This document shows, one piece after another, positions 8,360-15,767 of a stretch of 25,744 nt of DNA. The stretch comes from Verrucomicrobiales bacterium (GTDB lineage Bacteria > Verrucomicrobiota > Verrucomicrobiia > Verrucomicrobiales > V1-33): positions 1 through 25,744 of the forward strand of contig DATAIE010000690.1 of NCBI GenBank assembly GCA_036262875.1. Reading direction: 5' to 3'. The position numbers were made by a program, and so were the translations under genes. Within the stretch, counting starts at the first letter, position 1, and each line of letters opens with the position of its first letter. The notes beneath the pieces were generated by a model, which saw only the letters and a program-made list of their open reading frames with translations, made no database searches and had not been told where the DNA came from.

Positions 8360-9181
8360 ATGCTGCGCAACCCCACCGCTTTCCTTGCCGCCCTCTGGGT
8401 GCTGGGGGGAAGTTATGCAGTCCTCATTCTGCTGATGGTTGTCGCGGACATCGGTTATCTGGGAGAAAGGCTGCCACAGTCGGTGCAGGAGGTATTTGGC
8501 TCCTGGGAAGTCAGGGAATCACTGTGGTTGAGCCTCTCCACCTGTACGATGGCGGCGGGACTGTCTGTATTGGTGGGCGTGCCGCTGGGATATCTTCTCG
8601 CACGAACGAGATGGCGGGGAAAAGCGCTTGTGGAGTGGATCGTGGACATTCCGGTCGTGCTGCCGCCGATGGTGGTGGGGCTGAGTTTGCTCATCCTGTT
8701 CAGTGTCAAAGTGAACGGGCAGTCGCTGGAGGATTTCATTCAAAGGAATTTTCACTACCGGGTTTCGTTTGCCGTGCCGGCGATCGTGCTGGCTCAGTTC
8801 GCCGTCGCGGCGGCGTTTGCGGTGAGAACGATGCGCCTGACGTTTGGCCAGATTTCACATCGCACCGAGGATGTGGCGATGACGCTGGGATGCTCGCGGG
8901 CCGGGGCGTTTTGGAGAGTGTCTCTGCCTCAGGCAAGACGGGGTGTGCTCGGCGCCTTCACCCTCGCCTGGGCGCGGTCGCTGGGGGAGTTCGGGCCGAT
9001 CCTCGTGTTTGCAGGCGCGGTGCGCGGGCGCACGGAGGTGCTTTCGACGACGGTGTGGCTGGAGTTGAGCATCGGCCGTCTGGATGCAGCGGTGACGGTA
9101 TCGCTGCTGATGATCGCCGTATCGCTGGTGGCTCTGGGTCTGGTGCGCTGGCTGGGAAAGGAGGACGCAGTGCCCATATGA
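8360..9181 (+). CDS. modB: Molybdate/oxyanion ABC transporter permease (ModB family)
   Basis: Start revised to ATG 8360. GKALVEWIVDIPVVLPPMVVGLSLL, EAA-like loop EDVAMTLGCSRAGAFWRVSLP, and WARSLGEFG. Confidence 0.85.
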   Translation: MLRNPTAFLAALWVLGGSYAVLILLMVVADIGYLGERLPQSVQEVFGSWEVRESLWLSLSTCTMAAGLSVLVGVPLGYLLARTRWRGKALVEWIVDIPVVLPPMVVGLSLLILFSVKVNGQSLEDFIQRNFHYRVSFAVPAIVLAQFAVAAAFAVRTMRLTFGQISHRTEDVAMTLGCSRAGAFWRVSLPQARRGVLGAFTLAWARSLGEFGPILVFAGAVRGRTEVLSTTVWLELSIGRLDAAVTVSLLMIAVSLVALGLVRWLGKEDAVPI

Positions 9182-9819
9182 TCACGGTTTCCAATCTGGG
9201 AGTGACATCCGGGAAGTTCCATTTGAAAGGAGTGGCCTTTGCCGTGGCTGCCGGCAGCCATGCAATGCTCATGGGACCCAGCGGCGCGGGAAAGACGACC
9301 GTGCTGGAAGCGATTTGCGGATTGCGGAGGATCGAGAGCGGGCAGGTGGTGATCGCGGGACGGGACGTCACAAAGCTGCCGCCGGCGGAACGGAATATCG
9401 GATTCGTGCCGCAGGACGGCGCGCTGTTTCCGCATCTGACGGTGCGGGAAAATGCCGGATTTGCCCTGAAGGTGAAGGGGTGGGACCGTGAACGCCGCGG
9501 AGCACGGGTGGCGGAGCTGGCGTGGCAACTGGGCATCGAGCCGCTGCTGGACCGGTCCGTCGCCGGGCTGAGCGGAGGCGAGAAACAGCGGGTGGCCCTG
9601 GCGCGGGCGATGGCCTCGCGTCCGCCGGTGCTGCTGCTGGATGAGCCGCTGAGCGCGCTGGATTCCGTGAGCCGGCAATCGCTGCGCGAAGCACTCCAGG
9701 CCTTGCGCCGGGGCGGCGGCGTCACCATTCTGCACGTCACTCACGATGTCGCCGATGCCGATTCCCTCGCCACCCAGATCATTCAACTCCCCGTCGCCCA
9801 TGCCGGATCCGCTGCCTGA
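9178..9819 (+). CDS. modC: ABC transporter ATP-binding subunit (ModC/CysA-like, 213 aa, no C-terminal TOBE domain)
   Basis: ATGA overlap with the modB stop. Walker A GPSGAGKT, Q-loop FVPQD, signature LSGGEKQ, Walker B LLLDE, switch HVTHD. Confidence 0.85.
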   Translation: MITVSNLGVTSGKFHLKGVAFAVAAGSHAMLMGPSGAGKTTVLEAICGLRRIESGQVVIAGRDVTKLPPAERNIGFVPQDGALFPHLTVRENAGFALKVKGWDRERRGARVAELAWQLGIEPLLDRSVAGLSGGEKQRVALARAMASRPPVLLLDEPLSALDSVSRQSLREALQALRRGGGVTILHVTHDVADADSLATQIIQLPVAHAGSAA

Positions 9820-10567
9820 CCTGACCGCGGATGAACGGCAGCGCTACGCGTGGCAGCTCGATATCCCTGGCCACGGCGAGGAGGGGCAGCGCAAACTGAA
9901 GGCGGCGCGGGTGCTCATCTCGCGGGCGGGCGGCGTCGGCGGGACGGCGGCGCTGCACCTTGCGGCGGCGGGCGTGGGAAAACTGATCCTCGCCCATGCC
10001 GGCCCGCTGCGGCTGGATGACCTGAACCGGCAGTTGCTCATGCGGACGGAGGGCGTGGGAAAACCCCGCATGGAGACGGCGGCAGCGACGCTGCGCGGAC
10101 TCAATCCTGAAGTGGAAGTGGTGACAGTGGAGGAAAATGTATCCATTCACAATGCCGACCGGCTGGTGGCGATGGCGGATGTGGTGATCGATGCTGCGCC
10201 GCTGTTCGAAGAGCGCCTCGCGATGAATGCGGCGGCGGTGAAACTGAAGAGGCCCATGGTCGAAGCAGCGATGCACGGCATGGAGTTTTCCGTGACGGTT
10301 TTTCATCCCGGGCGTCCGGGATGCCTTGCTTGCCTCTGCACGGAGCCGCCGGCGTGGTGGAAGCGGCGGTTTCCGGTGTTTGGAGCGGTGAGCGGCGTGG
10401 CGGGATCGGTTGCCGCGGTGGAGGCGATCAAGCTGATCACAGGCATTGGTGAATCGCTGGCCGGCAGGATGCTGGCGGGGGACCTCGGGAACGGAAGGAT
10501 GCGCACCGTAAACACAACAGCCGCCGGATGCGCGGTCTGCCAGCCCGCGAAGCACCATGGGAGATAA
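9800..10567 (+). CDS. HesA/MoeB/ThiF-family adenylyltransferase, resembling the HesA clade
   Basis: Start revised to ATG 9800. ERQRYAWQ, AGGVGGTAALHLAAAGVG, LRLDDLNRQ, RPMVEAAMHGME, and two Zn CxxC motifs (CLAC, CAVC). Confidence 0.88.
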   Translation: MPDPLPDLTADERQRYAWQLDIPGHGEEGQRKLKAARVLISRAGGVGGTAALHLAAAGVGKLILAHAGPLRLDDLNRQLLMRTEGVGKPRMETAAATLRGLNPEVEVVTVEENVSIHNADRLVAMADVVIDAAPLFEERLAMNAAAVKLKRPMVEAAMHGMEFSVTVFHPGRPGCLACLCTEPPAWWKRRFPVFGAVSGVAGSVAAVEAIKLITGIGESLAGRMLAGDLGNGRMRTVNTTAAGCAVCQPAKHHGR

Positions 10568-12179
10568 GCGCAATAAAAAGCGCGCGGTGCAAAACCAGCA
10601 GCGGCAGTCCGGCAGAGCCGCCGCCAACTCCATTCTGCGGCAGGCACGCGCCGGACCGGCAACTCCCCCGGCGGCGGAATGGCACCGGCGGGCCATCGCG
10701 CACTGGAATGCCAACCGTTTCGAAGAGGCGGTGGCGGCCTTTCTGGAAGCCCACCGGCAGGCCCCCTTCGACACGATGGTGGCGGCGGACTGCGCCAAAG
10801 CGCTGGCCCTGCGTTACCGGCGGGAGGAGGCGCGGGCACTTTTTGATAAACTCAGCGCCGCCCATCCCGCGGACCCGTTTCCCTGCATTCGGGCCGGCGA
10901 GGCGTTTGTGGAGGCGCAGGAGTTCGCGACCGCGCTCGGTTACTACCGGCGGGCGGCGGAGATGCCGCACTGCGGCGCAGGTGCATGGATGGGGCTCGCC
11001 CGCATTGCCGAGCGGCTGCACCATTTGGACGAAGCGGAGGAGGCGCTGACCCGCGCGGAGAGTCTCGTACCGGGACTGCCGCCGGCCAGAGTGCTGCGGG
11101 CTCAAGTGTGCCGCCGCCGCAAGGACCTGACGGGGGCGGAAGCCTATGCCCGGGCGGAAATCGACGCCCCGCTCCAGGACGCAGAATCGCGCTGGCGGGC
11201 GTGGTACGAACTGGCAGCCGTCTGCGATCTCCAGGGCCGGTACGATGAAGCCTTCGAAGCGGCGACGCGCGCGAAGCAGATTACCGGTGCGGAAGCGGAA
11301 TCGTTCCGCCAGGGCAATGCGATGGCGGAGGCGGAGAGTCTGGAATTGATGCGGGCCCTGACTCCCGCCCACTTTCTCCGCTGGCGGGAGCCCGCCGCCC
11401 ACCGGCCGCTCGCCGTGCTGTGCGGGTATCCGCGCAGCGGCACGACATTAATCGAGCAGGTGCTCGATGCACACCCGGGACTGGTGAGCGCCGACGAATC
11501 GATCGTGATGGGCGATGACGTGGTATCGCCGCTGCGTCTGACACGCCCGCTGGAAGTGCCGTGGCTGACCGTGCTGGATGAAGCACCGCCGGACATGCTG
11601 TCACGCTGCCGTGACCGTTACTTCGCCCATACGACCGTTTTTCTGGGCGAAGAGCCCGGCAACCGAATCCTGCTGGACAAGAATCCGGCGCTCACACTCG
11701 CGCTGCCCGCGGTGATGAGAGTCTTTCCCGCAGCGAAATGCCTCATCGCGCTTCGGGATCCGCGGGATGTCGCCGTCAGTTGTTTCCTCCAGGGAGTGCC
11801 TCCCAATGCGGTGAGCGCGCACTGGCAAACCCTGGGAGACACGGCAAGGCACCTTGCCTCCTGCCTGCGGGGCTGGGAAATACTGCGAAAGGTGCTGCCG
11901 GAGGACTCGTGGAGAGAGGTGCGTTACGAGGAGACCACGGCGGACCTCCCGTCCACCGCGGCGAAGAGCCTCGCCTTCCTCGGCCTCCCCTGGGATGACG
12001 GCGTGCTGGCATTTCACGAACACGCCGGCCGCAAACACGTCCACTCTCCCACTTACGCCGCCGTGACGGAGCCGGTGCACCGCCGGGCCGTGGGTCGCTG
12101 GCGGCACTATGAACGGTATCTGGAGCCGCACCTCAAGATATTGCAGCCGGCGCTGGAGGCGTTTGACCACTCACCGTGA
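10557..12179 (+). CDS. TPR-repeat protein fused to a PAPS-dependent sulfotransferase (TPST/Sulfotransfer_3-like)
   Basis: N-terminal TPR-like helices; 5'-PSB motif CGYPRSGTTLIEQVLDAHP, LLDKNP, 3'-PB motif LRDPRDVAVSCF, VRYEE; overlaps the upstream gene by 11 nt. Confidence 0.9.
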   Translation: MGDKRNKKRAVQNQQRQSGRAAANSILRQARAGPATPPAAEWHRRAIAHWNANRFEEAVAAFLEAHRQAPFDTMVAADCAKALALRYRREEARALFDKLSAAHPADPFPCIRAGEAFVEAQEFATALGYYRRAAEMPHCGAGAWMGLARIAERLHHLDEAEEALTRAESLVPGLPPARVLRAQVCRRRKDLTGAEAYARAEIDAPLQDAESRWRAWYELAAVCDLQGRYDEAFEAATRAKQITGAEAESFRQGNAMAEAESLELMRALTPAHFLRWREPAAHRPLAVLCGYPRSGTTLIEQVLDAHPGLVSADESIVMGDDVVSPLRLTRPLEVPWLTVLDEAPPDMLSRCRDRYFAHTTVFLGEEPGNRILLDKNPALTLALPAVMRVFPAAKCLIALRDPRDVAVSCFLQGVPPNAVSAHWQTLGDTARHLASCLRGWEILRKVLPEDSWREVRYEETTADLPSTAAKSLAFLGLPWDDGVLAFHEHAGRKHVHSPTYAAVTEPVHRRAVGRWRHYERYLEPHLKILQPALEAFDHSP

Positions 12180-12256
12180 CGGAAAATACAGAAAATAAGT
12201 CTTTCAGGAAATCACCGGCACTGCTAAACGCACACCTTGATCCCTAAGGAAGTCCC

Positions 12257-13093
12257 ATGAAAAGACTACGCCCCAACATTCGACTGCTGAAAGCGCTCTA
12301 CGGATTTGCCGGACTTGTGTTTGGCGCCGCTGTGGCCAATGCCGCGGTGCTGTATACCAATAATTTCGAAGGAGCGGAAGCCAACGCGGTGGCCGCAGGG
12401 GCCGGAACAGGAGGATCGGCGACGCTCTATTCCTACGGCAACCAGGGGGGCTGGAGTCAGGTGCGTCTGGGAGGAACCGGCAACACCTCCTGGTGGTATT
12501 CTACCAAGTATGCCACCGCTGCGGGTGCCACCCGTCCGGATCCACTGGGACCGGCATCGGCTCCCTATGACACCAACGGGCAGGGCTCGACGGCACTTCA
12601 CGGTCTCAATGCCGGCGGATTCGGTTATACCTCCCGGGTGCTGGCTACCGCTTTCGTGCCGGGCGATACCTATCGTTTTTCCATCAGCGCCACGACGGAC
12701 GCCTCGATATCGGGTCAGGGAGTTTATCTTTATCTCTTCAAGGGATCAGCGACTCCTACTACCAGCTTCGATACCCAGAGTTCCGCGGCGGTGGCATTCG
12801 AATCCATCGGAACGACGACCACCGTCAATACTGCCGGCGGCACGGTGTTCAACCTCACGGGAGGCGTTTTTGATTCCACGAACAACGCCGGCAACTGGAA
12901 GACGGTATCCTTCGATTTCATTCCGAACGCTTCGATGGCGGGCGAGAATATCGGAATCGGCATCTACATGCGTGCACGAACGGCAGTGGACAATATCCAG
13001 GTGGAGCGGTTTGCCGCTGTTCCCGAGCCGGGCTCGCTGGCACTCACCGCTGCGGCGGGAATGCTGCTTTCCCGCCGGCGCCGGAAGGCCTGA
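12257..13093 (+). CDS. PEP-CTERM sorting-domain surface protein
   Basis: Signal peptide ending AAVANA, G/S/T-rich beta body, C-terminal AVPEPGSLALTAAAGMLLSRRRRKA. Confidence 0.92.
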   Translation: MKRLRPNIRLLKALYGFAGLVFGAAVANAAVLYTNNFEGAEANAVAAGAGTGGSATLYSYGNQGGWSQVRLGGTGNTSWWYSTKYATAAGATRPDPLGPASAPYDTNGQGSTALHGLNAGGFGYTSRVLATAFVPGDTYRFSISATTDASISGQGVYLYLFKGSATPTTSFDTQSSAAVAFESIGTTTTVNTAGGTVFNLTGGVFDSTNNAGNWKTVSFDFIPNASMAGENIGIGIYMRARTAVDNIQVERFAAVPEPGSLALTAAAGMLLSRRRRKA

Positions 13094-13180
13094 ATTTCGA
13101 GGCATCGCGGAAGGGCAGGCGTTTACCGCCGGCTGTGGTTTAGATTGCAATTTGGTCATTCTTCCCGTTCACTGGCGGCC

Positions 13181-13675
13181 ATGAAAAGGCACCCCTTCAT
13201 TCTCTCCGCCCTCCTGCTGCTGACCTCCCTGGCTCACGCGGGAAACAAATCTTCAGGGGCCTACATCGGTCTGCACGCCGAGGGCGATGAGGTGGACGGT
13301 CCGAAGATGGTGCGGCCCAATGTGATCGACGGCCAAACTCACTACTTCCGCATTTCGCCGGAACTGGCCATCCGGCATTTCGATTCCTTCCGCGCCTTCA
13401 CGGCGGAGGATGGCTCCAGCTACGGAGCAGCCCTGCACCTCAACGACGAAGGCCAGCGCGCCATGACGGTCCTCTGCTCGACAAGCCGGGGCCGGCTCGC
13501 CCGGACGATCGTGAACGGCAAAGCGCTCGACATCATCCGGATCGACCGTTCCGGTGACGACGGCTTTTTTATCATCTGGAGCGGGCTGAGCGCGGATGAT
13601 CTCAAGCTCATCGGCAAGAAGCTAAAGCGCCTCGACAATGGCATGCCGGGCGAAAAAGGGAAGAAGTCGCGCTAA
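13181..13675 (+). CDS. Exported stand-alone SecDF P1-head-like domain protein (164 aa)
   Basis: Start revised to ATG 13181, signal peptide MKRHPFILSALLLLTSLAHA. AALHLNDEGQRAMTVLCSTSRGRLARTIVNGK...IRID...GFFIIWSGLSADD follows the recalled SecD/SecF head pattern. Confidence 0.65.
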   Translation: MKRHPFILSALLLLTSLAHAGNKSSGAYIGLHAEGDEVDGPKMVRPNVIDGQTHYFRISPELAIRHFDSFRAFTAEDGSSYGAALHLNDEGQRAMTVLCSTSRGRLARTIVNGKALDIIRIDRSGDDGFFIIWSGLSADDLKLIGKKLKRLDNGMPGEKGKKSR

Positions 13676-13695
13676 CGCCGGAACGCCCCCTCCTC

Positions 13696-14967
13696 ATGAG
13701 CCGACTGAGAATCGCCGGGCGCTGCGCCCATCGCATAGCCCTGCTGTGGACCGCCGCCGGACTGCTGAGCGGATGTGAAAAGGAGCCACCGGCGGAACGC
13801 GAAACCAAGCCTGCGGCAGCGCCTGCTCCCGCCACTCCGCCCGCGCCTTCTCCGGATTCAGTAACGCCGCCGGCACCGGCCGGGGTAAAGAAAGCCAGTG
13901 CCGCCGGGGCCACTGCGGGAGAGGGCACGAAACCAGCGCCCGTTTCCGGAGTGCCCCCCGAAAAGACGGACCCGCCACCTGCTGCTCCGCACCGGACGGG
14001 ACTCGTTTTCCAGCTTCCCACGAAGAACGATGCGCTCCTCCGCGACGATCCGGCGGCGTTCTATATGTTCGTGGACCGCTACGGTGCGGACGGCAAAGTG
14101 ACCCAGGTATGGCAGGGCGGCGGCTACGGCTACGTCCGCAACCCACGCAATACCGCCACCGGCGAGGTGTTCACCAAATTCCATGAGGGAATCGACATCG
14201 CTCCCATGCAGCGGGATGCTGCCGGAGAGCCTCAGGATACGGTGCAGGCCATCGCGGACGGGACGGTGGTCTACTGCGCGCCCAATGCCTCCAGCAACTA
14301 CGGGAACTACATCGTCATCGAGCACGCGTGCGGGGCACAGTGGGGTAACTTTTACAGTCTCTACGCCCACCTGAAGCGCATCGATACGAAGGTGGGCACA
14401 GAGGTCAAACGCGGCGCTCCCATTGCGCTGATGGGACACACCGGCGAGGGCATCGACCGCCGCCGCTCCCACACGCACCTTGAACTCTGCGTGCTGCTCA
14501 GCGACCGCTTCAGCGAGTTCTACGCCAAATATTACAAGCTGGCCAATCCCAACGGAAACTGGCACGGGCACAATCTCGCGGGCATCGACGTCGCGGGATT
14601 CCTCAAGGCCGCGCACGCTGACCCGGGCCTGTCACCGGCGGAATTTCTGAAGAGCAGTCAGCCCTACTATACCGCGCGCGTTCCCAACAAGACCGGCCAG
14701 GAACTGGACATCGTCCGGCGGTACCCGTGGCTGCGCAAACCCGGCAGCATCGGGGCCTCGTGGGACATCAGCTACAACACCGCAGGCATCCCACTTTCCG
14801 TGGCTCCCTCCACCCAAACCTGCGTGCTGCCAACGGTCGTGTGGGTCAAACCCTCGGTGACCAATCACTCCTGGAATACACGCAGCCAGTTGAGCGGCAC
14901 CGGTTCCACCGCACACCTCGCGCCGGACGGAAGCAAATATCAGCAACTGGTGAGCGGCGACTTTTGA
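13696..14967 (+). CDS. M23-family metallopeptidase lipoprotein
   Basis: Lipobox LLSGC, Pro/Ala-rich linker, HxxxD (FHEGIDIAP), YGNYIVIEH, YSLYAHL, and HxH (SHTHLE). Confidence 0.9.
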   Translation: MSRLRIAGRCAHRIALLWTAAGLLSGCEKEPPAERETKPAAAPAPATPPAPSPDSVTPPAPAGVKKASAAGATAGEGTKPAPVSGVPPEKTDPPPAAPHRTGLVFQLPTKNDALLRDDPAAFYMFVDRYGADGKVTQVWQGGGYGYVRNPRNTATGEVFTKFHEGIDIAPMQRDAAGEPQDTVQAIADGTVVYCAPNASSNYGNYIVIEHACGAQWGNFYSLYAHLKRIDTKVGTEVKRGAPIALMGHTGEGIDRRRSHTHLELCVLLSDRFSEFYAKYYKLANPNGNWHGHNLAGIDVAGFLKAAHADPGLSPAEFLKSSQPYYTARVPNKTGQELDIVRRYPWLRKPGSIGASWDISYNTAGIPLSVAPSTQTCVLPTVVWVKPSVTNHSWNTRSQLSGTGSTAHLAPDGSKYQQLVSGDF

Positions 14968-15034
14968 GGCGGTTCAAACAGCCTTGCAGCCGTGGGAACT
15001 GGACTCTTTTACCAAACGGCTCAACGTCGGCACC

Positions 15035-15154
15035 ATGACACGAGAACGACGGAAGCGGTTTATCGACTGTTTGGCCGCCATTGCTCTGGTGATTCTTTTC
15101 TTTGCGGCGCTGATCATGTTCCGGCTCATAGATGCGGGGCTAACCAAACGCTAA
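15035..15154 (+). CDS. Putative 39-aa single-pass membrane protein
   Basis: ATG 15035 to TAA 15152-15154 encodes MTRERRKRFIDCLAAIALVILFFAALIMFRLIDAGLTKR: basic N-terminus plus an approximately 20-aa hydrophobic helix. It occupies otherwise empty space before a terminator. Confidence 0.55.
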   Translation: MTRERRKRFIDCLAAIALVILFFAALIMFRLIDAGLTKR

Positions 15155-15170
15155 ATTCATGCGAAGGAGC

Positions 15171-15214
15171 AAAACAGAACCCCGGCCTCCACCGAAGGGC
15201 AGAAGCCGGGGTTT
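15171..15214 (-). terminator. Intrinsic terminator, possibly bidirectional
   Basis: Outer 9-bp stem AACCCCGGC/GCCGGGGTT. The minus strand has a C-TTCG-G loop and a CTGTTTT tail, downstream of the cytochrome c gene. Confidence 0.7.
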
Positions 15215-15246
15215 CACGTTGTAAAAGAAGCTGAGCGGGAGCGGAA

Positions 15247-15642
15247 TTACTTTTCGTCCTTCGCCTTGAGCGTCACGCCATCGGGCCATTTGGCACCGGC
15301 GGTGATCCACTTCTTGAGGATTTCGATTTGTGCGGCGGTGGGACGCGGGGCTTTGTCCTTGGGGGGCATGGCGTCATCGTCATCAGCCGGGAGCAGGAGG
15401 ACTTTGATGAGAGCGCTCGTGTCGGGCTTGCCGGCTTCGATGAGCTTGGTGTCTTCGCCGCCCTTCATGAAGGACTCTTTGGTGCTCATATTGAGCTTGC
15501 CTTTGGCCTTTTTGTCATTGTGGCACTTGAGGCAGGAGCCTTCGAGGATGGGTGCGACGTCTTTCTTGAAGTCCGGATCTTCAGCAGCGGCACGGCCGGC
15601 GGCCAGGGCGGAGAGAGCGAGAATGAGGCTGATCCTGATCAT
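15247..15642 (-). CDS. Exported stand-alone monoheme cytochrome c (planctomycete cytochrome c / PSCyt1-like)
   Basis: Signal peptide, DFKKDVAPILEGS, heme motif CLKCH, GKLNMST, and probable distal Met in AMPP. Confidence 0.88.
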   Translation of the reverse strand: MIRISLILALSALAAGRAAAEDPDFKKDVAPILEGSCLKCHNDKKAKGKLNMSTKESFMKGGEDTKLIEAGKPDTSALIKVLLLPADDDDAMPPKDKAPRPTAAQIEILKKWITAGAKWPDGVTLKAKDEK

Positions 15643-15767
15643 AAGTCGGTGGAGTTTAGGAACCGGTGGTAGTCCGGGTGGAGGGTTGGTATTCGAGATG
15701 AAAAGCGCCTTTGGGGCGGCGGCTTATAGCGAAGAGCATTCCATGCCGCCAGGGTTTTTTGTGCCCG

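Noticed and set aside
15735-15755. Possible sigma54 promoter (TGGCGG...TGC) upstream of the cytochrome c gene
   Set aside because: GG-to-GC spacing is 11 nt, not the required 10.
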